Positions 10,867-20,773 of a stretch of 64,000 bases of DNA are shown here, piece after piece. The notes under the pieces are model-generated. The model saw only the letters and a program-made list of their open reading frames with translations, was not told the origin of the DNA and ran no database searches. The stretch lies in contig CBDASZ010000002.1 of NCBI GenBank assembly GCA_965199755.1, forward strand, positions 288,001 through 352,000, written 5' to 3'. A program made the translations under genes and the position numbers. This DNA is from an uncultured candidatus Porisulfidus sp. Lineage in GTDB: Bacteria > Pseudomonadota > Gammaproteobacteria > Poriferisulfidales > Poriferisulfidaceae. Position 1 is the first letter of the stretch; every line of letters begins with the position of its first letter.

Positions 10867-12225
10867 ATGACTACCCTGCCTCCCGTACAAGCGCCTTCCG
10901 CCCAATTCGAGGCCCTCACCGAAGCGCTCAACAGCGGTGCCATGCAGCAAGTGCGGCGGATGATGCGCGCACTGCACCCGGCGGAAATCGCACAACTACT
11001 TGAATCCTTGCCGCGCGCGCAGCGCTTTATTGTCTGGGGCATGCTGGAACGCGAGCACCACGGCGAGGTGCTGCTAGAAGTCGGCGATGACGTGCGCGCG
11101 TCGCTGCTGGACGAAATGGATGAGAATGCCATGGTGCGGGCCGCGGAAGGTCTGGCCATCGACGATCTGGTCGACCTGCTGGCCAATCTTCCTGACACCG
11201 TCAGCAGCCGGGTCCTCAACGACATGGACCAGCAGTACCGCAGCCGGCTACAAACCGTGATGAACTACGACGAGGACACCGCCGGTGGTCTGATGGACAC
11301 CGACGTCATCACGGTGCGCTCGGACGTAACGCTGGAAGTTGTGCTGCGCTATCTGCGCCGCTTGGGCGATATCCCCAGCCATACCAACGTGCTGATGGTG
11401 GTGGATCGCTTCGAGCATTATCTGGGCATCTTGCGCCTGCGCGCACTACTGCTCGGCGATCCCGACGCACTGGTCAAGGACGTAATGGAATACGCGCCGC
11501 CACCGATTGCCGCCGACATGCAGGATTCGGCTGTGGCGGCGATCTTTGAGGACCGCGATTTGATTTCCGCCGCCGTGGTCAATGAAGACAATCGCCTGCT
11601 GGGACGTATTACGGTCGATGACGTGGTTGACGTCATTCGCGACGAAGGCGTAGAAGCCCTGCACCGCCATGTTGGCCTGAGCGAGGATGAGGATCTGTTC
11701 GACTCGGTGGGCGCGGCCGCGAAACGGCGCGCCGTCTGGCTCGGTGCCAATCTGGTCACGGCCTTTATCGCCGCCGCCAGCATTGGCCTGTTTCAGGAAA
11801 CGCTTGAGCGTGTGGTGGCGCTGGCCGTGCTGATGCCGATTGTCGCCAGCATGGGCGGCATCGCCGGTAGCCAAACTCTGGTGCTGGTGGTGCGCGGCAT
11901 CGCGCTCGGTCAGGTCAGCGGACAGAATATTCGCGCGCTGCTGCTGAAGGAATTCGGCGTCATTCTGCTCAACAGCTTGTTGTGGTGCGCGCTGGTCGCG
12001 CTGGTTGCCGGCGGGTGGTTCGGTGACTGGCTGCTGGCTGGCATCATCGCGTTCGCGCTGGTCGCCAACATGGTGTTCGCGGTGGCCGTCGGCGTCATGC
12101 TGCCGCCGACTTTGCAGCGCATGCACATTGATCCGGCGCTGGCTGGAAGCGTGATTCTGACCACCTTTACTGATGTAGTGGGATTTGTGGTGTTTTTGGG
12201 TCTGGGAACGCTGCTGCTGCTCTAG
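10867..12225 (+). CDS. mgtE: Magnesium transporter MgtE
   Basis: LHPAEIA N-domain, CBS pair, MPIVASMGGIAGSQ, IDPALAG..TTFTD. Confidence 0.96.
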   Translation: MTTLPPVQAPSAQFEALTEALNSGAMQQVRRMMRALHPAEIAQLLESLPRAQRFIVWGMLEREHHGEVLLEVGDDVRASLLDEMDENAMVRAAEGLAIDDLVDLLANLPDTVSSRVLNDMDQQYRSRLQTVMNYDEDTAGGLMDTDVITVRSDVTLEVVLRYLRRLGDIPSHTNVLMVVDRFEHYLGILRLRALLLGDPDALVKDVMEYAPPPIAADMQDSAVAAIFEDRDLISAAVVNEDNRLLGRITVDDVVDVIRDEGVEALHRHVGLSEDEDLFDSVGAAAKRRAVWLGANLVTAFIAAASIGLFQETLERVVALAVLMPIVASMGGIAGSQTLVLVVRGIALGQVSGQNIRALLLKEFGVILLNSLLWCALVALVAGGWFGDWLLAGIIAFALVANMVFAVAVGVMLPPTLQRMHIDPALAGSVILTTFTDVVGFVVFLGLGTLLLL

Positions 12226-12447
12226 CATCCCTCCCAAAAGTACTAGGCCCTTGCCTTATGCTGTAGAACATTATTTAGTTATAATTGGGATTCATGAACC
12301 CCCTGAGCGCAATGCTCATCCATATTGAAGGGGGGCAAGGCCCCGCTACACTCTTTCTAGCCTTTCTGGCGGCTTAGCCTCTGCGCTAAGCTGTGGGTTC
12401 CGCCGTCCGGCGGGATCTGTTGTTTCTTGTCCTTTGAATGCTTTCCG

Positions 12448-12870
12448 ATGCATGGTGCGGTCTGGGCGGCACTGCTTGTGCTGACAGCTTTCGCGTTTGC
12501 TGCAACACCGGCGACAGGTGCGGTGCTGGTCTCGAGCAAGGATCAAACTCGCGGTACCGATAGTAACGTCTACTTAGCGCAGAGTTTCGCAACCGATTCA
12601 GAGAGTGCCACGCTCACCAACATTCAGGTCGTTAGAGGACGTCATGTAACGACAAATACAACTTTAGCAATCGAGATCCGTAGTAACGACAGCAGCGACA
12701 GCGCGTCCCGCACTTCACTGTTCACGGCACTGGAAATGGAACTCGCCTACGGCATGGCGGCGAGCCGCTTCGGCAACGGCACACTCAACGATCTGATCAA
12801 GCCCTACCTCGGCATGACCTGTCGCGAAGATGGTAGCGGTGCGCGGATCAATCTGAATCTGCAGTGGTAG
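12448..12870 (+). pseudogene. Probable internally deleted secreted/autotransporter-like surface protein
   Basis: Signal peptide (..AFAFAATPATG/AVLVS), a short Ser/Thr-rich passenger start (AQSFAT), then an abrupt beta-barrel-like tail (LEMELAYG..KPYLG..INLNLQW ending in W). Only 140 aa. Confidence 0.5.
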
Positions 12871-13036
12871 ATGGTCTGATAAGTCGTTCTGCGATTCGGC
12901 GTATGTGCCTTTGATCTGCGCCGAACAGACAAACTCTGACCAGCACAAAACTTCACAAACCAGCCATGGTCCTCTCCGATGCTTCTCGCGCAGTCGGCGG
13001 CATCGCATAAGATAAACGCGCCACTAAAACGCGCTT

Positions 13037-14866
13037 ATGCCTACTTCCCTTTCCTTTGACGCGCTGGTGATCGGCGGCGGCCATGCCGGCGTCGAAGCCA
13101 CCCTTGCCTGCGTGCGGCGCGGCGCACGCACCGCGCTGTTGACGCACCGTGCCGAAACCATCGGCCGCATGAGTTGCAACCCGGCCATTGGCGGCATTGG
13201 CAAAAGTCATCTGGTGCGCGAAATTGACGCGCTCGGCGGCGTTATGGCCGTGGCGGCCGACCGCGCCGCCATTCATGTCCGTGTGCTCAACCGCAGCAAA
13301 GGCCCCGCCGTGCACGCGACCCGTGCGCAAACCGACCGCGAGCTGTACCGCGATGCCATTCAGGACTTCATCCGCCAGCAAGACGGGCTTACCGTGGTGG
13401 AAGCGGCAGTGGGAGACCTACTCGTGCGCGACGGCGTGGTGTGCGGGATTCGCACCGAACAGGGCGACGAGATACAGGCGCGCGCCGTGGTGCTCGCCAC
13501 TGGCACCTTTCTCGGCGGCATCATGCACGTCGGCGACGAACAAACTGCTGGCGGCCGTCTGGGCGATCCCGCCAGCGTACACCTCGCGCAGCGACTGCGT
13601 GAACTGATGCCGCGAAGCGGCAGACTAAAGACCGGGACACCGCCGCGCATTGACCGAAACAGCGTCACGTGGTCACGCACCGAAGCCCAGCCCGGCGATA
13701 GTCCGCCGCCCCGACTGTCGCGACAAAACCCCACCGAAGTGCGCGCACAACAGCTGCCGTGCCATGTCACCCGCACTACGCCGCAAACACATGACATCAT
13801 TCGCGCGCACTTGCATCTGTCCCCTCTGCACAGCGGCGCTATTGACAGCCGCGGGCCGCGCTATTGTCCGTCCATTGAAGACAAGATCGAGCGCTTCGCA
13901 GAGCGCGATTCGCATCAGATCTTCATTGAGCCGGAAGGCTTAAACAGTGACTGGATCTATCCCAATGGCATTTCCACCAGCCTACCGCGCGATGTACAGG
14001 AGCAGTTTGTGCGCACCATTCCGGGATTTGAGCGTGCGGATCTGGTGCAACACGGCTACGCCATCGAATACGACTTTTTTGACCCGTGCCAACTGGAACC
14101 CACACTGCAATGCAAGGATCTGCCGGGCTTGTATCTGGCCGGACAGATCAATGGAACCACCGGCTATGAAGAAGCGGCCGCACAGGGCCTGCTAGCCGGC
14201 ATCAATGCCGCAGCGCACGTATTGGAGCAGGAGACCTGGTGGCCTCGGCGCAATGAAGCCTACCTCGGCGTGCTGCTTGACGATCTCATCACCCGCGGCG
14301 TGGATGAACCCTACCGCATGTTCACCAGCCGCGCTGAATACCGACTGCGGCTACGCGAAGACAATGCCGATCTTCGCCTCACAGAAACCGGTCGACGCCT
14401 CCAACTGGTCGCTGACGCGCAATGGGCAGCGTTCAGCGCACGCCGCGAACAACTTGCGGAAGAGCTGGAACGACTGCAACGCACACGCATCGGCGAGCAT
14501 ACACTGGCTGAACTGCTGCGCCGACCTGATGCGCAATACGCCGACGTGGTCGGACAAATCACCGACTATCCGCAAGTTTCAGAAGAAATAGGTCGTCAGG
14601 CGCAAATTGAATTGCGCTATGACGGTTACATCCAACGTGGCGATCGTGAGATCGAAAAAATGCGCCATGACGAGAATCGCCGCCTGCCACGTGAACTGGA
14701 CTACCGCGCCATGACCGCCCTGTCGCACGAGGCGCGCGAAAAGCTCAGCCAGTGTCGCCCCGCCACTTTGGGCATGGCGGCACGCATTCCCGGCATCACG
14801 CCAGCCGCCATTGATATTCTTCGGGTCCACCTCAAGACCCGCGAGGCCCCGCGCCAAGCGTGTTGA
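13037..14866 (+). CDS. mnmG: tRNA uridine 5-carboxymethylaminomethyl modification enzyme MnmG (GidA)
   Basis: IGGGHAG, MSCNPAIGG, RLKTGTPPR, GPRYCPSIEDK, AGQINGTTGYEEAAAQG and RMFTSRAEYR motifs. Confidence 0.98.
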   Translation: MPTSLSFDALVIGGGHAGVEATLACVRRGARTALLTHRAETIGRMSCNPAIGGIGKSHLVREIDALGGVMAVAADRAAIHVRVLNRSKGPAVHATRAQTDRELYRDAIQDFIRQQDGLTVVEAAVGDLLVRDGVVCGIRTEQGDEIQARAVVLATGTFLGGIMHVGDEQTAGGRLGDPASVHLAQRLRELMPRSGRLKTGTPPRIDRNSVTWSRTEAQPGDSPPPRLSRQNPTEVRAQQLPCHVTRTTPQTHDIIRAHLHLSPLHSGAIDSRGPRYCPSIEDKIERFAERDSHQIFIEPEGLNSDWIYPNGISTSLPRDVQEQFVRTIPGFERADLVQHGYAIEYDFFDPCQLEPTLQCKDLPGLYLAGQINGTTGYEEAAAQGLLAGINAAAHVLEQETWWPRRNEAYLGVLLDDLITRGVDEPYRMFTSRAEYRLRLREDNADLRLTETGRRLQLVADAQWAAFSARREQLAEELERLQRTRIGEHTLAELLRRPDAQYADVVGQITDYPQVSEEIGRQAQIELRYDGYIQRGDREIEKMRHDENRRLPRELDYRAMTALSHEAREKLSQCRPATLGMAARIPGITPAAIDILRVHLKTREAPRQAC

Positions 14867-15537
14867 TGATGGCGCACGCACAACCGAAACGGGTTACGCA
14901 ATCGCGTCGCGCCAGTCGCGCCGCCCCTCTTCCGCGCGCCACCTTGCGCCGACAACTCGAAACCCAAATCGACGCGCAGGCCGCAGAGCAACTCGATGCA
15001 CTGGTCCAGTACGGTTTGATGCTGGCGCGCTGGAATCGCGCCTACAGCCTGATCAGTCCACACACCGTGGAGCACATCGGCACAAAGCATATCCTTGATG
15101 CCCTTCTGCTCACACACTGGCTGCCAAACTCGCCCGCCCGCATACTAGATGTCGGCACGGGAGGCGGCCTGCCCGGCCTACCGCTGGCCATCACGCATCC
15201 GCAACTGCAATTCACGCTGCTGGATCGCAGCCACAAGAAAATCCGCTTTGTGCGTCAGGTCGCACTGGAACTGGAACTGTCCAATGTCACCGTGGTCACA
15301 GAAGATCTCGCACACTATCAGGATGATCTATTTGACTGCATCATGGCGCGGGCCGTAGCGCCCGTGGCTGAACTCGCGCACGCTTGCGCGCAACTCTGCG
15401 CTGCTAACGGGCGGTTGCTGCTGCCCCAGGGACCCAAGACGGATAACCAAGCTCCTGATGGCTGGGAGGGACGTTGCGAGCGCCGAAGCGGGCGACGGGT
15501 TTGGGTGCTGCAACGCGGTGAGGCTACAGTCGCATGA
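14866..15537 (+). CDS. rsmG: 16S rRNA m7G527 methyltransferase RsmG (GidB)
   Basis: WNRAYSL, HILDAL, LDVGTGGGLPG and ARAV motifs; start uncertain. Confidence 0.93.
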   Translation: MMAHAQPKRVTQSRRASRAAPLPRATLRRQLETQIDAQAAEQLDALVQYGLMLARWNRAYSLISPHTVEHIGTKHILDALLLTHWLPNSPARILDVGTGGGLPGLPLAITHPQLQFTLLDRSHKKIRFVRQVALELELSNVTVVTEDLAHYQDDLFDCIMARAVAPVAELAHACAQLCAANGRLLLPQGPKTDNQAPDGWEGRCERRSGRRVWVLQRGEATVA

Positions 15538-16310
15538 CGCAAATCTTCGCCATCTGCAACCAGAAAGGCGGGGTGGGCAAAACCACCACCGCGGTCAATC
15601 TGGCCGCATCCCTAGCGGCAACGCACCAAAAAGTACTGCTGGCAGACCTTGACCCGCAGAGCAATGCCACCACCGGCTGCGGTCTGGACAAGAACGCGCT
15701 GGAGGCTAGCTCCGCTGATGTTCTGCTTGGCCAAAGCACTCTGGATGAGGCGATATGCCGGGACCGCTTCGGCTTTGATGTGCTTCCGGGAGACGCCGCG
15801 CTCACGCACGCGGAGGTGACTCTGATGTCCGAAGATCAGCGCGAGTATCGCCTGCATGAAGCCTTGCAGGGTTGCGCGTATGATTACGTGCTGTTGGATT
15901 GCCCGCCCGCTTTGAACATCCTGAGCGTGAACGGCCTGATCGCCGCGACTCAGGTCATCGTGCCGATTCAATGCGAGTTTTACGCGCTGGAAGGACTTGA
16001 CGCGCTGCTGGATACCATCTCGCGACTCGGCCAGCGCACCGACTCACAGTTGACGCTGGCGGGTATTTTGCGCACGATGTATGACCCACGCAACAATCTG
16101 ACACACGATGTATCTTCCACATTGCTGGAACATTTTGGGAATCAGGTCTATCGCACCGTGATCCCGCGCAATGTGGACCTGGCAGAAGCGCCGGGTTTTG
16201 GCAAGCCGGCGCTGCATTATCAGCGCAACAGTCCGGGCGCGACCGCCTATCTGATGCTGGCCGGCGAGATCCTGCGCCGCCACGACGACGCCGCGCAGGA
16301 GGACGCATGA
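15534..16310 (+). CDS. parA: Chromosome partitioning ATPase ParA/Soj
   Basis: NQKGGVGKTTT, DLDPQSN, DCPP, QCEFYALEG and IPRNVDLAEAP motifs. Confidence 0.96.
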   Translation: MTQIFAICNQKGGVGKTTTAVNLAASLAATHQKVLLADLDPQSNATTGCGLDKNALEASSADVLLGQSTLDEAICRDRFGFDVLPGDAALTHAEVTLMSEDQREYRLHEALQGCAYDYVLLDCPPALNILSVNGLIAATQVIVPIQCEFYALEGLDALLDTISRLGQRTDSQLTLAGILRTMYDPRNNLTHDVSSTLLEHFGNQVYRTVIPRNVDLAEAPGFGKPALHYQRNSPGATAYLMLAGEILRRHDDAAQEDA

Positions 16311-17158
16311 GCCGCAGTCGACGCCTGGGCCCCGGCGTGGATGTGCTACTGAGCCGCCCGACCGATAAAAGCGCCGCTGCCGAAGACGGCGAATTGCGCA
16401 ACATCCCGCTGCGGCAACTACGCCCAAGCCCTTATCAGCCACGCACGCAATTTGATGAGGAGGCTCTGAACGCGCTGGCTGAGTCCCTGAAAAGCCGCGG
16501 CACCATTCAACCGATCGTGGTACGCCGCGTCGGCAATCAATATGAACTGGTGGCCGGAGAACGACGCCTGCGCGCCGCGCAGAAAGCGGAACTCGACAGT
16601 CTGCCGGCGATGGTGCGCGATCTGTCCGATAACGAAGCGGCGACCATCACCCTGATCGAAAATCTGCAGCGCGAAGATCTCAACCCGATTGATGAGGCGA
16701 AAGCGCTCAACCGACTGACAGAGCAGTTGCAGTGCACACATGAGGAAATCGCCGATCGGGTCGGACGCGCCCGCGCCACGGTCACGAATCTGCTGCGGCT
16801 GTTGCGGCTGCATGCGGACGTACAGAAAATGCTCGCCGACGGGAAACTGAGCATGGGCCATGCGCGTGTGCTGGTGCCGCTGACGGCCAGCAAACAGCAA
16901 ACCTTGGCGAAACAGATTGTGCGCGACGATCTGTCAGTGCGCGACGCCGAGCGACTGGCGAAGAATAAAGATCGCGACACCGGTAAGAAACCGGAAGATC
17001 CCGATATATTGCGTCTGCAACAGCGGCTGTCGGATCTGATCGGATGCCCGGTTCGGGTGCGCCCACGCAAAAATGGCGGCGGACAAATGGTGATCCGCTA
17101 CAGCACTGTGCAGTCGCTGCAGCAAGTGCTCGACAAACTGGGCTATCGGGAAGACTGA
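16307..17158 (+). CDS. parB: Chromosome partitioning protein ParB/Spo0J
   Basis: PYQPR, AGERRLRA, ENLQREDL motifs and an HTH (GRARATVTNLLRL). Confidence 0.96.
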   Translation: MSRSRRLGPGVDVLLSRPTDKSAAAEDGELRNIPLRQLRPSPYQPRTQFDEEALNALAESLKSRGTIQPIVVRRVGNQYELVAGERRLRAAQKAELDSLPAMVRDLSDNEAATITLIENLQREDLNPIDEAKALNRLTEQLQCTHEEIADRVGRARATVTNLLRLLRLHADVQKMLADGKLSMGHARVLVPLTASKQQTLAKQIVRDDLSVRDAERLAKNKDRDTGKKPEDPDILRLQQRLSDLIGCPVRVRPRKNGGGQMVIRYSTVQSLQQVLDKLGYRED

Positions 17159-18090
17159 TCAAGCGTCCCGACCAGTTCTGATACCTGCGCCATGTCGTGG
17201 CGCGCCAAATAGTCCCGAATCTCCGCATTGATACTGCGACACAACAGCGGATCGTAGAACAACCCGGTGCCCACTCCGACCGCGCTGGCACCCGCAATCA
17301 GAAACTCCAGCACGTCCGTAGCCGTCACCACGCCGCCTTGGCCGATGATCGGCACCGAGCGGCCCATCTCCTGAACTTCCTGGTAGACCTGATGCACCCG
17401 CAGCAGCGCAATCGGCTTGATGGCCGGGCCGGAAAGGCCGCCTTGAAGTGCGCCGAGCACCGGGGTGCGACTTTCGGCATCAATCGCCATCCCGGACACC
17501 GTGTTGATCACGGCCAGCGCATCCGCACCGGCTTCAATGCAGGCCCGTGCGTTCGCCCGAATGTCAGTCTGGTTCGGAGAGAGTTTGACGATCAGAGGCC
17601 GAGACGTCACCGCCCGACAAGCCGCCACCACTTCCGCGGACATCTGTGGATGGTTGCCAAATTCCATGCCGCCGGCACGCACATTGGGACAGGAGATATT
17701 GATCTCCATGCCGTCAATCGGTGAGTCATCGAAGCGGCGGGTGATTTCGACATACTCTTCAACGGTGGCACCGGAGACATTCGCGATATACCGGGTCTCG
17801 GTGAAATCCAGACTCGGCAAAATCTTCTCCACCACATGATCCACGCCGGGGTTCTGCAAACCGATTGAATTGAGCATCCCCTCCGGCGTCTCCGCCAGAC
17901 GATGCAGCGCGTTGCCCAGCCGCGGTTCCAGCGTAGTGCCCTTGAGACAGACCGCGCCGATCTCATCGAAGGAAAACTCTTCCACTCGCGTGTACTCTTC
18001 GCCAAAGCCCACGCAGCCCGACAGCAGCACCAACGGCGTGCGCATCGAGATGCCGGCAAGAGTGACTTGCAAGGCTGAGTCTTCAGCCAT
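17143..18090 (-). CDS. pyrD: Dihydroorotate dehydrogenase, family 1
   Basis: GMLNSIGLQNPG, EINISCPN (catalytic Cys), VKLSPN and GGLSGPAIKP motifs; start MAEDS overlaps the gpsA stop. Confidence 0.93.
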   Translation of the reverse strand: MAEDSALQVTLAGISMRTPLVLLSGCVGFGEEYTRVEEFSFDEIGAVCLKGTTLEPRLGNALHRLAETPEGMLNSIGLQNPGVDHVVEKILPSLDFTETRYIANVSGATVEEYVEITRRFDDSPIDGMEINISCPNVRAGGMEFGNHPQMSAEVVAACRAVTSRPLIVKLSPNQTDIRANARACIEAGADALAVINTVSGMAIDAESRTPVLGALQGGLSGPAIKPIALLRVHQVYQEVQEMGRSVPIIGQGGVVTATDVLEFLIAGASAVGVGTGLFYDPLLCRSINAEIRDYLARHDMAQVSELVGTLDQSSR

Positions 18091-19081
18091 CGACAAACTC
18101 CGCTCGGGCCGGACGCGCCAGCAGTCCAGCGACCGCTTCAGCGGCCCCAAGGCTGCCCTCAAGCACGCGGTCCACCTGTACGCAAATGGGCAATTCCAGT
18201 TCTTGCGCTTCGCCCAGCCGACAAATCGCTCGCGCCGCATGCTGTCCTTCGGTCACGTGCTGGATGCGCTGATGCGCCTGCTCCAGCATGTGTCCTTCGC
18301 CAAGCAACTGACCCAAGTGGAAATTGCGCGAGTGTGCGCTCGCACACGACAAGGCGATATCGCCCAAACCTGAAAGGCCCGCCAGCGTCTCCGCACGTGC
18401 ACCCAGAGCCTCGCCCAGAACCATCAACTCGCGAATACCGCGCGTAATGAGCGCCGCGCGGGCGCTGTCGCCCAGCTTCAAGCCGCAGGCAATGCCGGCG
18501 GCGATGGCCAGAACATTCTTAACCGCCCCGCCCAACTGCACCCCTGCAATGTCGGTGCTTTCATAAAGGCGAAAGGCACCGTGATGAAACACTGAAGCCG
18601 CTTCACGCGCCTGCTGCGCGTCGCGCGCGGCCATCACCGCAGCCATCGGAGCGCCGCGGGCCAGATCATCTGCGAAAGTCGGCCCGGACAACAACGCGCC
18701 GCTGAAATCTGTCCCCCACACCCGCTCCAGAATCTCGGAAGGAAACGCGCCTGCATCCGGGTCCATGCCCTTGCAACTGAGAATCACACTGCCATCGGGA
18801 GGGCCGCCCAGGGCTTGCGCAAGTTCGGCGACTGCCGAGACCGGCGCAGCCCAGACACTCCAGTCACAGCCGGCCACACAGGACTCCAGATCCGCGATTA
18901 ACTGCACGGAATCCGGCACGCTGATGTCTGGTAGAGCGGTGTCGTTGCACCGGGTGTCGGCAATCTGCGCGAGGCGCTGCGGGTCGCGGCCCCACCAGCG
19001 CACTTCGTGCGCCTGCGTGCGCGCAATATGGGCGGTCAGCGCGGTTCCCCATGCGCCTTGTCCTAGAATCGAGATGATCAT
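18083..19081 (-). CDS. gpsA: NAD(P)H-dependent glycerol-3-phosphate dehydrogenase
   Basis: GQGAWGTAL, SGPTFA, GAVKNVLAIA, GLGD and SRN motifs. Confidence 0.96.
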   Translation of the reverse strand: MIISILGQGAWGTALTAHIARTQAHEVRWWGRDPQRLAQIADTRCNDTALPDISVPDSVQLIADLESCVAGCDWSVWAAPVSAVAELAQALGGPPDGSVILSCKGMDPDAGAFPSEILERVWGTDFSGALLSGPTFADDLARGAPMAAVMAARDAQQAREAASVFHHGAFRLYESTDIAGVQLGGAVKNVLAIAAGIACGLKLGDSARAALITRGIRELMVLGEALGARAETLAGLSGLGDIALSCASAHSRNFHLGQLLGEGHMLEQAHQRIQHVTEGQHAARAICRLGEAQELELPICVQVDRVLEGSLGAAEAVAGLLARPARAEFVDG

Positions 19082-19091
19082 GCCGCGGGCG

Positions 19092-19562
19092 TCAGTGGCG
19101 AACCACTTTGTCCTGAATACTGTCCCACAGTTTCTTTTCGCGCTGCTCGGTGTGATACAGCGCGCCAAAATTGAGCGGCACCATCTGCAGGTTGTGAAAT
19201 CCCGCCATCACAGCCAGTTGTGAAATGGTCGCGCTCACATAAGGATACAGGGAATCGAGACAGCGGGTCATCAGCAATTCGTGCCCACGCTCATCGGACA
19301 GCCCCTGAATCAGAAACACGCCGATGTAGCACACTTCACATTCGAACAATTCATGCTCGCCATGCAGTCGCTTGATATTGACGGTCAGCGACACTGCGTG
19401 GCGGTCATTGCCGAGCGGCGTGGTTTTGTTGCTGATATGCGCCTTGGTTTCAACCTGACCGTTTTCCTTCGTCCCGAGCTCCGGCGACGTGCTGAACTCG
19501 GCGGAATTGAGGCGGATGCTGTCAATCGAGAAATTGACTGTCTCGTGATGCTCCCCAACCAT
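19092..19562 (-). CDS. secB: Protein export chaperone SecB (divergent)
   Basis: GVFLIQG..C..LYPY..GF..L..PLNFGALY pattern; between grxC and gpsA. Confidence 0.85.
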   Translation of the reverse strand: MVGEHHETVNFSIDSIRLNSAEFSTSPELGTKENGQVETKAHISNKTTPLGNDRHAVSLTVNIKRLHGEHELFECEVCYIGVFLIQGLSDERGHELLMTRCLDSLYPYVSATISQLAVMAGFHNLQMVPLNFGALYHTEQREKKLWDSIQDKVVRH

Positions 19563-19591
19563 CAGCCTGCATCTCCTTGCATACCCGGTCC

Positions 19592-19858
19592 TTAGGCGGC
19601 CGCCAGCAAATCGTCCAGTTTGCCGTCCATACTGAGTTCCGCCAGATCATCAAAGCCGCCCACGTGATAATCGCCAATAAAAATCTGCGGCACGCTGCGG
19701 CGGCCTTGCGCGCGCTCCACCATGACAGCCAACTGCTCGGTGTCCTGATCCACTCGAATCTCCTGATAGTCCGCGCCCTTGCGCTTGAGCAACTGCTTAG
19801 CCCGATCGCAATACGGGCAGATACCGGTCGTGTAGATGATGACTTCTCCCCCGCCCAT
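19592..19858 (-). CDS. grxC: Glutaredoxin 3
   Basis: CPYC, SVPQIFI and GGFDDL motifs. Confidence 0.95.
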   Translation of the reverse strand: MGGGEVIIYTTGICPYCDRAKQLLKRKGADYQEIRVDQDTEQLAVMVERAQGRRSVPQIFIGDYHVGGFDDLAELSMDGKLDDLLAAA

Positions 19859-20280
19859 CAGTCCGTCTCCAGAGGCATTCCCGCATGCCGCCACGCGCCC
19901 AGCCCCCCTTTCAGCACATAGACCTCTTCAAAGTCCTCGCGGGCCAACAGCCGACACGCTCGCTGTGATTGAATGCCATTGCCACAATAGACGATCACCG
20001 GCCCGCTCATGTCTTTCAACTCATCCATGCGCTCCGGCAACTGGGTCAGGGCAATGCGACGCGAATGCGGAATGCGCGCGCTGTGCGCGTCAGTGTCTTC
20101 CCGCACATCCAGCACCCAGGCCGAATCCCGATTGATCAAATGCACCGCCTGCGCCACGCGCGCTTCCTTGTAGCGACGGGTCACATGGCGGACTTCCCAA
20201 AACAGGATCATGGCGACCACCGCCGACACAGCCCCCATCAGAAACGGGTGGCGAGCCGCGAAATCCAGATATTCCTGCAT
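19858..20280 (-). CDS. Membrane-anchored rhodanese-domain protein (YibN-like)
   Basis: N-terminal TM helix; LDVRE, IVYCGNG and LKGG..AW motifs. Confidence 0.9.
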   Translation of the reverse strand: MQEYLDFAARHPFLMGAVSAVVAMILFWEVRHVTRRYKEARVAQAVHLINRDSAWVLDVREDTDAHSARIPHSRRIALTQLPERMDELKDMSGPVIVYCGNGIQSQRACRLLAREDFEEVYVLKGGLGAWRHAGMPLETD

Positions 20281-20289
20281 GGCGAGGTC

Positions 20290-20616
20290 CTAATGATGCG
20301 CGCGGGAACAAAACATCATGCGCATCAGGTCCATTAACTGGATCATGCGCGGGTCGCGAATGCGATAGTAGATAGTATGCGCCTCGCGGCGCGTGGTGAG
20401 AATCCCGCTCTGGCGCAGAATGCTCAAATGCGAGGAAATGTTGGCCTGCGAGGTGCTGCATTCGCGGGCCAGATCCGACACCGACATCTCGCCGCTGCCG
20501 AGAATACACAGCACTTTCAGGCGAATAGGATGCGCCAGCCCCTTGATCGATTGGCAGGCTTGTTCGATGTCTTCATCCTGCGCGTGCAGGGAATCCGTTG
20601 CAGGCAGATTATCCAT
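20290..20616 (-). CDS. ArsR/SmtB family regulator, BigR/SqrR-like
   Basis: LAHPIRLKVLC, SQANISSHLSILR HTH and C-terminal FC. Confidence 0.88.
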   Translation of the reverse strand: MDNLPATDSLHAQDEDIEQACQSIKGLAHPIRLKVLCILGSGEMSVSDLARECSTSQANISSHLSILRQSGILTTRREAHTIYYRIRDPRMIQLMDLMRMMFCSRAHH

Positions 20617-20773
20617 GAGAGTGAATTTTACACCCTTGCTACTGCGCACAGGCGCAGCGAGCACTGCATGGCGGCATCGTTCCCGGCTCAAGAGCCCACC
20701 CCTCCTGTAGTAAACTCAACCTCAAAGCTTCCCGCCATTCGCAACACCCCTCACTGACGGACACTCTCCGATC

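Noticed and set aside
12934-12945. 12-bp match CTCTGACCAGCA also present near 54786, close to both accessory patches
   Set aside because: A 12-mer match is expected by chance in 64 kb and the flanks do not extend it.
12226-13036. Possible oriC upstream of mnmG (gidA)
   Set aside because: No TTATCCACA/TGTGGATAA DnaA boxes or clustered GATC/13-mer repeats were seen, and the region contains a gene remnant instead.
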